Notes under the pieces: model-generated
What the model saw: only the letters and a program-made list of their open reading frames with translations
Database searches by the model: none
Told to the model about the DNA's origin: nothing
DNA from: a virus
Virus record (IMG/VR): IMGVR_UViG_3300042305_002284
Span: 32,001-96,000 of that record
DNA: 64,000 bases
Reading direction: 5' to 3' (one strand)
Shown: piece by piece, positions 1-10,883 of the stretch
Layout: each line of letters begins with the position of its first letter
Position numbering within the stretch: position 1 is the stretch's first letter
Program-made: the position numbers and the translations under genes

Positions 1-1
1 G

Positions 2-991
2 ACTGATCCAAGATTTTATACTTGGCTATGGGAAATAGAAGATGAAATAAGATGCAATGTTCCAATGGTTTATTATCATGTATGGGACAACTATCCTTAT
101 CCAACATTCAATAATGCTTACTATCAATCAAATGATGTTATAGCAACAATATCAAAAGTAACAGACGACATTGTCAGAACAGTAAGTCCGGAAGTAGAAA
201 CTCACTATATTCCTCACTGTGTAGATATGAATATATTTTGTAAAGTTCCAGAACAAAGTGTGATTGATTTTACAAAAAGAGTTTTTCCAAAAGATCTAAA
301 TAAAAAATTTACAGTATTCTGGAATAGCCGAAATGCTCGTAGAAAAAACCCTGGCTCAATTGTATGGTGGTTTGCAGATTTTCTAAAACATGTTCCTGCT
401 GGTTCTGCTCGTCTGCTAATGCATACAGATCCAAAAGATGTTCATGGGCCAGATCTTGAAGCGATAATAAACGAACTTGGTTTGACTAATGGTGAAGTCA
501 TGTTTTCGCCAGCAAGAATAGGACCGCAAGATATTGCTATGATGTATAACCTTGCCGATGTAACTGTTAGTTTGAGCGATGCAGAGGGTTTTGGTCTTTC
601 AACAATGGAAAGTCTTGCTTGCGAAACTCCAATCATTGTTCCAAGAACTGGCGGTCTACAAGAACAAGTAAAAGACAGTGATGGAAACCATTTTGGTATT
701 GAGCTTCCAATAACGTCACAAATGATCGTTGGCTCTCAAGAAGTTCCATTTATTTATGAAGATCGTGTAAACAAAGAAGACTTTGTAAATGCTCTGCTAA
801 AAATGTACAATATGAGCGATACAGAAAGAAAAGCACTTGGTGCAGCAGGAAGAGAACATCTAAATAAAAATTATGATATGGCAACACTTATGAACAAATG
901 GGATGAACTCTTTACAAAAATACACAATGAGCGCGGTTCGTGGGAAAATAGAAAAGGTTACAGTCGTTGGACTCTAAAGGAGATAGCATGA
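2..991 (+). CDS. GT4 (GT-B) glycosyltransferase, 5'-truncated by the window edge
   Basis: The frame is open from position 2 (TDPRFYTWLWEIE...). It has the GT4 motif SDAEGFGLSTMESLACETPII and the RNARRKN acceptor/donor loop. Confidence 0.9.
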   Translation, partial: TDPRFYTWLWEIEDEIRCNVPMVYYHVWDNYPYPTFNNAYYQSNDVIATISKVTDDIVRTVSPEVETHYIPHCVDMNIFCKVPEQSVIDFTKRVFPKDLNKKFTVFWNSRNARRKNPGSIVWWFADFLKHVPAGSARLLMHTDPKDVHGPDLEAIINELGLTNGEVMFSPARIGPQDIAMMYNLADVTVSLSDAEGFGLSTMESLACETPIIVPRTGGLQEQVKDSDGNHFGIELPITSQMIVGSQEVPFIYEDRVNKEDFVNALLKMYNMSDTERKALGAAGREHLNKNYDMATLMNKWDELFTKIHNERGSWENRKGYSRWTLKEIA

Positions 992-2256
992 GAAAAAAAG
1001 TTATAGTTAGAGGTCCGGCCATGAGTATGTCTGGTTATGGCGAACAAACAAGGTTTGCTTTACGTTCCATGAGAGAACATGAAGATAAGTTTGATATATT
1101 TTTAGAAAATATTCCATGGGGAAGAACTGGATGGATAGCAGAAGAATCAGAAGAAACTCAATGGATTCAAATGCTCATGGCAAAAACCCATCATTATGCT
1201 CAACAACAGGGTCAGTTTGATATAAGTCTCCAAATAACTATTCCAAATGAGTTCGCAAAAATGGCTCCTGTAAATATTGGATATACAGCAGGCATAGAAA
1301 CAACAAAAGTCTCTCCACAGTGGATTGAAAAAGCAAAAATCATGGACAAAATAATTGTTGTTTCTAATCATTCAAAGCAAGTATTTGACAATACAGAATA
1401 CAAACTACAGAATCCACAAACCGGACAAATAATAGGCTTCCGAAACACGACTCCGGTAGAGGTAGTTCATTTCCCAGTAAAAATGGGAGAAAAAACAGAA
1501 ATAAATCTTGATCTAAAAACCGATTTCAACTTTCTTTCTGTCGCTCAATGGGGACCAAGGAAAAATGTTGAAGCAACGCTCGTATCGTTTCTAAGAGAGT
1601 TTGCAAACGATTCCGATCTTGGTCTTGTTCTAAAGTTGAATGTTGCAAAAAACTGCATTGCCGATAGACTGGTTTGTGAAAAAAGAATAAATAGCATTAT
1701 TAAAAATAATCCAAAAGCAAAATGTAAAGTTTATCTACTTCACGGCAATATGACAGATGCAGAAATGAGAAGTCTTTATGCTCATCCAAAAATAAAAGCG
1801 TTTGTATCAACAACTCATGGTGAAGGTTTTGGTCTTCCATTTTTTGAAGCTGCTGCAGCAGGATTGCCAGTTATTGCTCCAAAGTGGAGTGGTCACGTTG
1901 ATTTCCTTCTTGCTCCAATAAAAGAAGATGGCAAGGTACGAATGAGAAACCATTTTACAACTGTTGATTTTGATCTTGGGAATGTAAATAAAGAAGCAGT
2001 ATGGGACGGAGTTATTCAAGCAGATAGCCAGTGGTGCTTTGTAAAAGAACACAGTGTTATGGACGCTATGAGAAAAGTTCAAAAAAATCACGGTGCTGCT
2101 CTCGCTCAAGCAAGAAAATTGAAAGAGTACGTATTGGAAGAATTTGCTGAATATAAACAGATAGAAAAAGTGATTAATATTTTTAAAGATTATGTTAAAT
2201 CTGATGAAATAATGGATAATTGGCTTGCTTCAATCAATCAAGTGACTACATTATGA
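988..2256 (+). CDS. GT4 glycosyltransferase
   Basis: ATG at 988 overlaps the upstream stop (ATGA) and follows RBS AAGGAGA. Motifs SGYG, WGPRKN and THGEGFGLPFFEAAAAGLPVIAP. Confidence 0.9.
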   Translation: MRKKVIVRGPAMSMSGYGEQTRFALRSMREHEDKFDIFLENIPWGRTGWIAEESEETQWIQMLMAKTHHYAQQQGQFDISLQITIPNEFAKMAPVNIGYTAGIETTKVSPQWIEKAKIMDKIIVVSNHSKQVFDNTEYKLQNPQTGQIIGFRNTTPVEVVHFPVKMGEKTEINLDLKTDFNFLSVAQWGPRKNVEATLVSFLREFANDSDLGLVLKLNVAKNCIADRLVCEKRINSIIKNNPKAKCKVYLLHGNMTDAEMRSLYAHPKIKAFVSTTHGEGFGLPFFEAAAAGLPVIAPKWSGHVDFLLAPIKEDGKVRMRNHFTTVDFDLGNVNKEAVWDGVIQADSQWCFVKEHSVMDAMRKVQKNHGAALAQARKLKEYVLEEFAEYKQIEKVINIFKDYVKSDEIMDNWLASINQVTTL

Positions 2257-3092
2257 AAAAATTAATTTTTATTGCTGACTATTTTGAAGATGAGATAATT
2301 GGCGGCGGCGAAAAATGTAATTCAGAAATAATTCAAAAATTGTCTAGCACTTTTGAAACAAAAGCAATCAAATCTTCACATATCAATTTAGAATTTTTAA
2401 AAAATAATAAAAATTCAACTTATATTATTGGAAATTTTCTTCTTTTATCTTTTGAATGTAAAGAATATCTACAAAATAATTGTAGATATTTTATTTATGA
2501 ACATGATCATAAATATTTAAAAAGTAGAAATCCTGCTTTATATAGAGATTATTTAATTCCAAAACAAGAGTTAATTAATTTAGATTTTTTTAAAAATGCA
2601 AAATTAATAATATGTCAAACAAATTTTCACGCAAACATTGTCAAAAAAAATTTAGAATTTGATAATATAGTATCTGCGTCGACTAATTTTTGGTCTAAAG
2701 AAGAAAAAAACATATTATTAAAATATTCTAAAACACAAAAAAAGAATATTGCTTTTATACTTGATACAAATATAGAACATAAAAATGCACTTGGTTCAAT
2801 AGAATATTGCAATAAAAATAACTTAAAATATTTTACTTTTCAAGATTTTAATTTTGAAAACTTTATTAAGAATATTAGTAAAGCTGATAAATTTATATTT
2901 TTTCCAAAAACCCCTGAAACATTTGGAAGAGTTGCAACTGAATGTAAAATACTTGGAATGAAAATACATACAAATGGTCTTTTAGGAGTTTCTCACGAAA
3001 ATTGGTTTAAAGAACTAAATGGAATTGAATTATTAAATTATATTGAAGAGTCAAATGATAAATTTTTATATTTCCTCAAGGAAAATTTATGA
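2253..3092 (+). CDS. Putative glycosyltransferase (GT-B-like)
   Basis: ATGA-coupled start, N-terminal GGGE motif and C-terminal PETFGRVATE (GT4-like E-x7-E). Confidence 0.7.
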   Translation: MKKLIFIADYFEDEIIGGGEKCNSEIIQKLSSTFETKAIKSSHINLEFLKNNKNSTYIIGNFLLLSFECKEYLQNNCRYFIYEHDHKYLKSRNPALYRDYLIPKQELINLDFFKNAKLIICQTNFHANIVKKNLEFDNIVSASTNFWSKEEKNILLKYSKTQKKNIAFILDTNIEHKNALGSIEYCNKNNLKYFTFQDFNFENFIKNISKADKFIFFPKTPETFGRVATECKILGMKIHTNGLLGVSHENWFKELNGIELLNYIEESNDKFLYFLKENL

Positions 3093-3832
3093 ACAAAAAT
3101 ATAACTGTTATTTTGAATATGTATAGGCGTCCTCAAAATATGAATATGCAAATAGCCTCTGTCAGACAACAAACTATAAAGCCAAATGAAGTATGGATTT
3201 GGAAAAATCACCATGACGACAATAAATCTGTTGATTTAAATACTTTTGACGTAGATAGAAGATTTAATAATGATTTTAACTGGAAATTTTATGGTAGATT
3301 CGCCGGAGCCATGTTGGCCCAGACAGAATACGTAGCAATATTTGATGACGATACTATCCCTGGAAATAAGTGGTTTGAAAATTGTTTGGATACGATATCA
3401 AAAGTAAATGGAATATTAGGAACAGCAGGGGTTATATTGAATTCTAATATGTATGTTGATCACGAGAGATGTGGTTGGCCATCACAAAATGAACAAATAA
3501 CTAGAGTTGATTTAGTTGGACATGCATGGTTTTTTAGAAAAGATTGGTTAAAATATCTTTGGATGGAAAAACCAGCTACATGGGAAAATGGAGAGGATAT
3601 ACATTTTTCATATCTTGCTCAAAAATATGGCAATATTGAAACATATTGTCCACCGCATCCAAAATCTGATAAGATGTTTCACGGATCTTTATTAGGAATG
3701 AAGCTTGGAACTGATTCTGTTGCTACCAGCAATAATATAACAATGTCTCATAAACAGTTTTTCTCTGAAAGAGATTTGTGTGTACAAAATGCAATTAATG
3801 GTGGATGGAAAACAGTAAGGAATATCAAATGA
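3089..3832 (+). CDS. GT-A fold (GT2/GT64-like) glycosyltransferase
   Basis: N-terminal ITVILNMYRR strand, YVAIFDDD (DxD) motif and GEDIHFS catalytic-type motif. Confidence 0.75.
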   Translation: MNKNITVILNMYRRPQNMNMQIASVRQQTIKPNEVWIWKNHHDDNKSVDLNTFDVDRRFNNDFNWKFYGRFAGAMLAQTEYVAIFDDDTIPGNKWFENCLDTISKVNGILGTAGVILNSNMYVDHERCGWPSQNEQITRVDLVGHAWFFRKDWLKYLWMEKPATWENGEDIHFSYLAQKYGNIETYCPPHPKSDKMFHGSLLGMKLGTDSVATSNNITMSHKQFFSERDLCVQNAINGGWKTVRNIK

Positions 3833-4830
3833 TTTTAATTTGTTTCGGAACAAGACCAGAATATATTAAAATAAAACCAATATTGCAAGAATTTAATAAA
3901 AATAAATTTAATAATTACAAGATTCTTTTCACTGGTCAACATCAAGACTTAATATCTTTAAACAATCTAGATGTTGATTATAAATTAGAAATCCAATCTG
4001 GTTCAAATAGATTAGATTCTATATTTTGTTCATTGTTGAATAATGAAAGTATATTTGAAAAAATAACTCACGTTTTAGTGCAAGGAGATACTGCTTCCGC
4101 AGCTGCATTAGCCTTGGCAGCATTTCATAGAAATATTAAAGTAATTCATCTTGAAGCCGGATTGAGAACACACGATATCAACAATCCATATCCAGAAGAA
4201 TTTTACAGAAGAATGATATCAAATATGTCTTCTATAAATTTTTGTGTATCAGATATTAATAGAGCTTGGCTAGAACAAGAAAAATGCCCAGGTATCAATC
4301 ATGTAGTGGGAAATACTGTTTTAGATAATTTAAAAAATATTCCAACATTTTATGAAAATAAAATACTCATAACTTTACATAGAAGAGAAAATCACGATAT
4401 AATGGATAAATGGTTTGTTGAATTTGAAAAATTAGCCAATCAATATCTTGATCATGAATTTTTTTTACCGATTCATCCAAATCCAAATGTTTTAAAACAT
4501 GCTCATCTGTTAAAAAAAATTCAAGTAATAGAACCACTACCTCACGTGGACCTAATCAACTATATGAGTAGATGTAAGCTGTTAATAACTGACAGTGGAG
4601 GCTTACAAGAAGAATCATCTTTCTTAAAAAAGAAATCAATAGTTTGTAGAAAGGCGACAGAAAGAGTGGAAGGGCTAAATACTTTTAGCTTCTTATGTAA
4701 AGAACCTAATGAATTAGAAGAACTATTTTCAGAACTATTAACAAGTTACAAAATTGATGATATATGTCCATACGGTAACGGAAATTCTTCAGAAGTAATA
4801 TATGATATTATCAAACAGTACATTTACTGA
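3829..4830 (+). CDS. wecB: UDP-N-acetylglucosamine 2-epimerase (non-hydrolysing)
   Basis: Hallmark motifs GTRPEYIK, TGQH, VQGDT, HLEAGLR, PEE, TLHRREN, HPNP, TDSGGLQEE, TER and PYGNG. Confidence 0.93.
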   Translation: MILICFGTRPEYIKIKPILQEFNKNKFNNYKILFTGQHQDLISLNNLDVDYKLEIQSGSNRLDSIFCSLLNNESIFEKITHVLVQGDTASAAALALAAFHRNIKVIHLEAGLRTHDINNPYPEEFYRRMISNMSSINFCVSDINRAWLEQEKCPGINHVVGNTVLDNLKNIPTFYENKILITLHRRENHDIMDKWFVEFEKLANQYLDHEFFLPIHPNPNVLKHAHLLKKIQVIEPLPHVDLINYMSRCKLLITDSGGLQEESSFLKKKSIVCRKATERVEGLNTFSFLCKEPNELEELFSELLTSYKIDDICPYGNGNSSEVIYDIIKQYIY

Positions 4831-5524
4831 GCATTTTTCTTTCTTTAAAAATAAAATTCTAAATAAAGAAAATTTTGCTTTTGCAAGATATGCAGATGGA
4901 GAAAAAATAATATTAGAAAATAATATTATATCTTTTAATACACAAGCATATGTTGTTGATAAGTGGACTTATAATAATAATAAAATTTTTTCAAAAGATT
5001 TAATGCAAACTTGTTATCACAAAGAAGATAACTATTATTATGCTATATCTTGTAAATGTTGTGATGAAAATGGTTCAAATTATTATAAAAAATTATTAGA
5101 AAACCATAATATAACTTATTCTAATTTATTTATAAATGCAAATTACAATAAATTTATAGAATTTATTAATAAATTAGACAGAGATGTTGTTGTTTTGGCT
5201 AATAAAAATTGTTTACAATCAAATTATCCTTTTAATGTAATACAAAAAATACCTATAGAAAATGACTGCGTAAATTGGTATGAATCTAACAAAACAACAA
5301 TTATAAAAGGAATGAGTTTGTTAGCAAATAAATATAAAAATACTTTATTTTTTATTAGTGCCGGACCACTTTCAGAAATTTTGATTCATAACTTGTTTAT
5401 AGTAAATCCTGATAATACCTATATTGACATTGGTTCGGCATTAGATATATATACTCACAATAAAATAACAAGACCATATCAAAATAAAAATAGTGAATAT
5501 TCAACAAAAGAATGTGTTTTATGA
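4802..5524 (+). CDS. Putative GT-D fold (DUF1792-like) glycosyltransferase
   Basis: FARYADGE near the N-terminus, and ISAGP and YIDIGS near the C-terminus. Confidence 0.6.
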   Translation: MILSNSTFTEHFSFFKNKILNKENFAFARYADGEKIILENNIISFNTQAYVVDKWTYNNNKIFSKDLMQTCYHKEDNYYYAISCKCCDENGSNYYKKLLENHNITYSNLFINANYNKFIEFINKLDRDVVVLANKNCLQSNYPFNVIQKIPIENDCVNWYESNKTTIIKGMSLLANKYKNTLFFISAGPLSEILIHNLFIVNPDNTYIDIGSALDIYTHNKITRPYQNKNSEYSTKECVL

Positions 5525-6396
5525 TTACTTTTATAAATTTAGGAAAATATGGTCGGCTTGGTAATCAGTTATATCAGTATGCAGCATTAAAAAGTTGTTC
5601 TTTAAAAAATAAATATATTTGTAAAATACCGGATATATCGAATACGTATTGGCACGGTCAGAAATGTTTATTAAATAATTTTCAATTAACTTCTGAACTT
5701 TTAACACAAGAAGACATAAGTTCAATAAGACATGAAATTAGTGAACCTATTGGATTTACAGGAGAATATTTAAATATTTTAGAAAATATAAAAGATAACA
5801 CAAATATTAATGGTTTTTTTCAAAATACAAAATATTTTTTAGAATATGAAAAAGAAATTAAAAATGAATTTAATTTTAAAGAAGATTTATTAAGAAAAGA
5901 AATAGATTTTATTAATAATTTAAAAGAAGATAAATATGATTTAGTTTCTTTGCATATAAGAACCGGTGATATGACAGACGGAACAAATTCAATTTATAAC
6001 AAATATTATGGGAAACATCCTTTGGATAAGAATAGTGTTTTTGGAAATTATATTAATAATGCACTAGAATATTTTTCAGAATTAAAAAATATTAAAATAT
6101 TAGTTTTTGTTGGTGGTAGTAGAACAGGAGATGATTCTAGCGATATACGCATGGCAAAAAATTATTTTAATGATTCTAAATTTATTGTAAATGATTCAAA
6201 TGAACCTATGACTGATTTTATTCGAATAAGCTTATGTAATCATAATATAATAAGTTTTAGTTCTACTTTTTCTTGGTGGGCAGCATTTTTAAATAAAAAT
6301 ATAAACAAAACAGTAATATGTCCAAAAAATTTTCATATTGAAAAAAATACTTCTTGTAATAACTATTTTTATCCAAAAGAATGGATACAGATTTAA
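5521..6396 (+). CDS. GT11 alpha-1,2-fucosyltransferase-like protein
   Basis: GRLGNQLYQYA, GFFQ, HIRTGD and SSTFSWWAAFL motifs. Confidence 0.9.
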   Translation: MITFINLGKYGRLGNQLYQYAALKSCSLKNKYICKIPDISNTYWHGQKCLLNNFQLTSELLTQEDISSIRHEISEPIGFTGEYLNILENIKDNTNINGFFQNTKYFLEYEKEIKNEFNFKEDLLRKEIDFINNLKEDKYDLVSLHIRTGDMTDGTNSIYNKYYGKHPLDKNSVFGNYINNALEYFSELKNIKILVFVGGSRTGDDSSDIRMAKNYFNDSKFIVNDSNEPMTDFIRISLCNHNIISFSSTFSWWAAFLNKNINKTVICPKNFHIEKNTSCNNYFYPKEWIQI

Positions 6397-6407
6397 AGGA
6401 ATTTAAA

Positions 6408-7193
6408 ATGAAAGATAATAAAAATATAGAAGATGTAAAATCATATTGGAATAATAGACCATGTAACATAAGACATTCTTTTAAACAAATTGGTACAAAA
6501 GAATATTTTGATGAAGTAGAAAAAAAGAAATTTTTTGTTGAACCTCATATTATAACTTTTAGCGAATTCCAAAATTGGAACAATAAAAACGTTTTAGAAA
6601 TCGGATGTGGTATAGGTACTGCTGCCATAAATTTTGCTAGAAATGGAGCAAATTATACCGGTATAGAATTATCTGAAAAATCTTTAAATTTAACAAAAAA
6701 AAGATTTGAAGTATATTTTCAAAAGGGACAATTTTATTGTGGAAATGCAGAAAGTTTATCTTCTTTTTTACCACAATCGAAATATGATTTAATTTATTCT
6801 TTTGGAGTTATACATCACAGTCCAAATCCTGAAAAAATTATAAAAGAAATAAAAAACTACATGCATAAAGATTCTATATTAAAAATAATGTTATATTCTA
6901 AAAATTCTTGGAAAAACATAATGATTAATGGAGGGTTTGACCAGCCAGAAGCCCAATCTGGATGTCCAATTGCAATTACATATACAAAACAAGAAGTAAA
7001 AGAATTATTAAATGGTTTTGATATATTAGAAATAAAAAAAGATCATATTTTTTCTTATGATTTAGAAAGTTATAAAAATAATTTATATAAAAAACTTCCT
7101 TGGTTTGAAAGTATGTCAAAACAGCAATTTGAACATTTAGAAAAAAATCTTGGTTGGCATCTTTTAATAACTGCTAAATTAGGAGTTGATTAA
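6408..7193 (+). CDS. Class I SAM-dependent methyltransferase
   Basis: VLEIGCGIG motif I and YDLIYSFGVIHH; RBS AAGGA before ATG 6408. Confidence 0.85.
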   Translation: MKDNKNIEDVKSYWNNRPCNIRHSFKQIGTKEYFDEVEKKKFFVEPHIITFSEFQNWNNKNVLEIGCGIGTAAINFARNGANYTGIELSEKSLNLTKKRFEVYFQKGQFYCGNAESLSSFLPQSKYDLIYSFGVIHHSPNPEKIIKEIKNYMHKDSILKIMLYSKNSWKNIMINGGFDQPEAQSGCPIAITYTKQEVKELLNGFDILEIKKDHIFSYDLESYKNNLYKKLPWFESMSKQQFEHLEKNLGWHLLITAKLGVD

Positions 7194-8269
7194 TGAATAT
7201 AGGGATTCTAGGAATAGGTAAATTAGGTTTATGCTTTGCACTAACGCTAGAAAGAGCAGGATATAATGTAATTGGTGTGGATATAAATAAAGACTATATT
7301 GAACAAATTAATAATAAGTCTTTAAAATCCTCAGAAGAAAATGTTGAAAATTATTTAAAATTAAGTAAAAATTTTTATGCTACAATCGACTTATTTTATG
7401 CGATTAATAATTGTAAAATATTATTTATCATAGTTGCTACTCCTTCTTTACAAAACGGCGAATACGATCACTCACAAATAGAATCATTAATCGATAAAAT
7501 TAAACTTTTAGGAAAACAAAAACAGGAAAAGCATTTAGTAGTTTGTAGCACTACAATGCCTGAATATTGTGATACTATTCAGGAAAAATTAAAAAATTAT
7601 AATTATACTATAAGTTATAATCCTGAATTTATAGCACAGGGAACAATTCTAAAAAATCAAGAAAAACCAGATATGGTTTTAATTGGAGAAGGTTCGCCAG
7701 AAGCTGGAGATATAATAGAAAGCATATATAAAAAGCATACTACAAATAATCCATCAATTCACCGTATGTCTCGTACAGAAGCTGAATTGTGTAAAATATC
7801 TCTTAATTGTTTTTTAACAACTAAAATTGCATACGCCAATATGATTGGAGATATTGCAATTCGCGCAAAATGCAATCCAGAAAAAATATTAAAAGCCATA
7901 GGCTCTGATTCTAGAATTGGAAGTAAATATTTAAATTATGGATATGGTTTTGGTGGTCCTTGTTTCCCTAGAGATAATAGAGCACTTTCTATATTTGCAG
8001 AAAATAAAAATATTGATGCAATTATAAGTAAAGCTAGTGATAAAAGTAATGAAAAACATTTAAATTATCAAATTGAAAATTTTATATCTGAAAATCAAGA
8101 CAAAACAAAACAAATTTTTTTTGATTACGTAACATATAAAAAAGAATCTATACTTCTTACAGAATCACAACAACTAAAATTTGCTATAGCTTTAAAAAAT
8201 TTAGGATATAATATAGTTATAAAAGATTCTCGAGAAGAGGTAATTAAACAATTAGAAAGTATATTATAA
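7193..8269 (+). CDS. UDP-glucose/GDP-mannose dehydrogenase family protein
   Basis: GIGKLG Rossmann motif, VATP, YNPEFIAQG, AELCK and catalytic GFGGPCFPRD; the C-terminal domain is short. Confidence 0.9.
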   Translation: MNIGILGIGKLGLCFALTLERAGYNVIGVDINKDYIEQINNKSLKSSEENVENYLKLSKNFYATIDLFYAINNCKILFIIVATPSLQNGEYDHSQIESLIDKIKLLGKQKQEKHLVVCSTTMPEYCDTIQEKLKNYNYTISYNPEFIAQGTILKNQEKPDMVLIGEGSPEAGDIIESIYKKHTTNNPSIHRMSRTEAELCKISLNCFLTTKIAYANMIGDIAIRAKCNPEKILKAIGSDSRIGSKYLNYGYGFGGPCFPRDNRALSIFAENKNIDAIISKASDKSNEKHLNYQIENFISENQDKTKQIFFDYVTYKKESILLTESQQLKFAIALKNLGYNIVIKDSREEVIKQLESIL

Positions 8270-8273
8270 TAAT

Positions 8274-8999
8274 ATGTTAAATATTAAAATACCACAAAAT
8301 ATAACAAATATTTGTATAGACGTTGGTACTTCTTGTAATGCTCCATTTTCTGCAGAAATCTTAAAAAAACAAAAAAATACCATAATATTTGGCTTTGAAC
8401 CAAATCCACAAAATGTTGAAAGTTTACATACTGGACATGGAAAAGCAATAGAAAAATGGATTTTAAATCCTAGAATATGTTTAAGTGAAAATGCTATATA
8501 TGATAACAACATAAAAGTATGTTCTTTAAGTGATAATAATAATATATTTGAAATATTCGAATATGCAATAGATGATGTTCAGGAAGAAACTTTTAAAAAT
8601 TTTTATTGTACTTCAGAAGAGAATACTGGCTGTTCTAGTCTAAAAAAACCAATTGAAAATATATTAAAAGTTTCTATTAAAAATAAAATAAATGTAAAAG
8701 TAATACCTTTATTTTATTTATTACAACAAATAGACTGGAAAAAATATAATTATATTGATGTTTTAAAAACAGATACCCAATCAAATGATTTAAATGTTAT
8801 TAAAAGTTGTAAAGATTATATTAAAAATATAAAATATATTCAGTCAGAATATCATACAGGTGGTCAATATGAGGATGAAGATTCTCGAGAACAAAGTTTT
8901 AATAATTTTGAAGAATATATGAAAAAATATGATTTTAATTTATTAAATAGAGATTCACATGATATTATTTATATAAATAAAAGATTTAATAATGAGTAA
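8274..8999 (+). CDS. FkbM-family methyltransferase
   Basis: IDVG, IFGFEPNP and IDVLKTDTQSND motifs. Confidence 0.75.
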   Translation: MLNIKIPQNITNICIDVGTSCNAPFSAEILKKQKNTIIFGFEPNPQNVESLHTGHGKAIEKWILNPRICLSENAIYDNNIKVCSLSDNNNIFEIFEYAIDDVQEETFKNFYCTSEENTGCSSLKKPIENILKVSIKNKINVKVIPLFYLLQQIDWKKYNYIDVLKTDTQSNDLNVIKSCKDYIKNIKYIQSEYHTGGQYEDEDSREQSFNNFEEYMKKYDFNLLNRDSHDIIYINKRFNNE

Positions 9000-9855
9000 T
9001 TTATTTATATGCCATTCAAGTGATGCTGGAAATACTGAAGGTATTGGAGCAATGGTACAATATCAAATTTATACCTATGCTTTATCAAAAATTTTAAATA
9101 TTGGATTCGCTTTTAAGCCTTTTACTCGTATGCAACATTATCAATACTTTGATATAACACAAGAAAAATTTTGTTCTGATATAAATAATTTTTTTAATTT
9201 TCCAAATGATTTATCAGAAGAAGCTAAAGTAATTGATGTAAAATTAGATGATAATTTAATAAATCTTATCAGTAATTTTAGAACAAGTAATAATAAAATT
9301 TTATTTAATATAAAAGATGAATATTTTATGAAAAAAGCTGAACAATATTTAGATTATATAGAAAATTCAAATATATTAAACAATATTATAAAAAACATTA
9401 AAATTGAAGATAATTTAAAATATTTTAATAATGAATTTTTTAATATTTGTTTACACATTCGAAAAGCTACTATTACAGATTGCGATTTTTCACCTATAAG
9501 AGAACTTTTTGATCATCAATCTAAAGATAAAATAATCAATATTTTACAACAATCAATTAATAAATTTGCCAATAATGAACAATATAAAATTCATATTTAT
9601 TCACAAGGAAAGATAGACGATTTTGATTTTATTTTAAAAAATTTTAAAAATAATGTTATTTTTCACATAGACGAATATCCGATAGTATCGTTATATCACA
9701 TGATAAATTCTGATCTTTTAATTATGTCTAATAGTTCTTTTAGTTATATTGCTCATTTATTATCAAAAAATATAACTATAGTGAGAAATAATTTTTATCA
9801 TAGAACTTATAATAAAAATAAATATTTTTATGATTCAAGAGGAAATATAATATGA
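8992..9855 (+). CDS. GT11/GT23-like (fucosyltransferase-fold) glycosyltransferase
   Basis: EGIGAMVQ, CLHIRK and SDLLIMSNSSFSY match the GT11-type motif set in divergent form. Confidence 0.6.
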   Translation: MSNLFICHSSDAGNTEGIGAMVQYQIYTYALSKILNIGFAFKPFTRMQHYQYFDITQEKFCSDINNFFNFPNDLSEEAKVIDVKLDDNLINLISNFRTSNNKILFNIKDEYFMKKAEQYLDYIENSNILNNIIKNIKIEDNLKYFNNEFFNICLHIRKATITDCDFSPIRELFDHQSKDKIINILQQSINKFANNEQYKIHIYSQGKIDDFDFILKNFKNNVIFHIDEYPIVSLYHMINSDLLIMSNSSFSYIAHLLSKNITIVRNNFYHRTYNKNKYFYDSRGNII

Positions 9856-10883
9856 ATAAAATAAAAACTGCTCTTATACTTGGAGCTGGCGGATTTATTG
9901 GTTCTCATCTTGTAAAAAGATTGAAAAAAGATGGATATTGGGTTTGTGGTGTCGATTTGAAAAAACAAGAATTTAGCGAAACACAAGCAGATTCTTTTAT
10001 TATTGGAGATTTGAGAAATCAAGAATTTGTTAAACAAATATTTCAAACTAAATTTGATGAAGTATATCAGCTAGCAGCAGATATGGGTGGTGCTGGATAT
10101 ATTTTTACTGGCGACCACGATGCAGATATTATGCATAATTCTGCTATAATAAATCTTCATGTTGTAGAACAGTGTATTAAAACTAAAGTAAAAAAAGTAT
10201 TTTATAGTTCATCTGCTTGTATGTACCCAGCTTACAATCAAGAAGATCCAGATAATCCAAAATGCTCAGAGGAAAGTGCATACCCAGCCGCTCCAGATAG
10301 TGAATATGGCTGGGAAAAATTATTTAGTGAAAGACTATTTCTTTCTGCTATGAGAAACTATGGATTACAAGTTCGTGTAGCAAGATTTCATAACATATTT
10401 GGCCCAGAAGGAACTTGGAGCGGAGGACGTGAAAAAGCACCCGCAGCAATGTGTAGAAAAGTCTCAGAAGCCAAAGATGGAACAGAAATAGAGGTTTGGG
10501 GAGATGGTAAACAAACACGTTCATTTTTGTTTATAGATGAATGTATTGAGGCTATTCGTAGACATATGGAAAGTGATTTTTCAGGACCGGTTAATATTGG
10601 AAGCGAAGAGATGGTTACAATAAATCAATTAGCTGAACTAGTAATAGGAATTTCTGGAAAAAATTTGAAAATAAAAAACATCTCAGGCCCAGTAGGAGTA
10701 CGCGGAAGAAATTCAGATAATCGATTAATTAGGCAAAAACTTGGTTGGGATTATAAACAACCTCTTAAAACTGGATTAGAAAAAACTTATTCTTGGATTT
10801 CTGAACAAGTAAAAAATAATCGTTATAGTGACAATAATCTTAAAATATTGTTAAAATTAGGAGATTTAGATGAACGAGAATAG
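9852..10883 (+). CDS. NAD-dependent epimerase, GDP-mannose 3,5-epimerase-like
   Basis: GAGGFIG, LAADMGGAGYI, SSACMYP, YGWEK, RFHNIFGP, GGREKAPAAMCRK and GVRGRNSDN are characteristic of the GME subfamily. Confidence 0.9.
   Translation: MNKIKTALILGAGGFIGSHLVKRLKKDGYWVCGVDLKKQEFSETQADSFIIGDLRNQEFVKQIFQTKFDEVYQLAADMGGAGYIFTGDHDADIMHNSAIINLHVVEQCIKTKVKKVFYSSSACMYPAYNQEDPDNPKCSEESAYPAAPDSEYGWEKLFSERLFLSAMRNYGLQVRVARFHNIFGPEGTWSGGREKAPAAMCRKVSEAKDGTEIEVWGDGKQTRSFLFIDECIEAIRRHMESDFSGPVNIGSEEMVTINQLAELVIGISGKNLKIKNISGPVGVRGRNSDNRLIRQKLGWDYKQPLKTGLEKTYSWISEQVKNNRYSDNNLKILLKLGDLDERE
10828..10857 (+). promoter_or_regulatory. Possible sigma70-type promoter for the cupin gene
   Basis: GTGACA, 18-nt spacer, TAAAAT with an extended -10 TG, followed by RBS AGGAG. 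Confidence 0.35.

Noticed and set aside
1-2256. GT4s as T4-style DNA glucosyltransferases
   Set aside because: No hydroxymethylase or base-modification genes are in the window, and strong restriction-site avoidance argues against protective DNA hypermodification. Not excluded without the rest of the genome.
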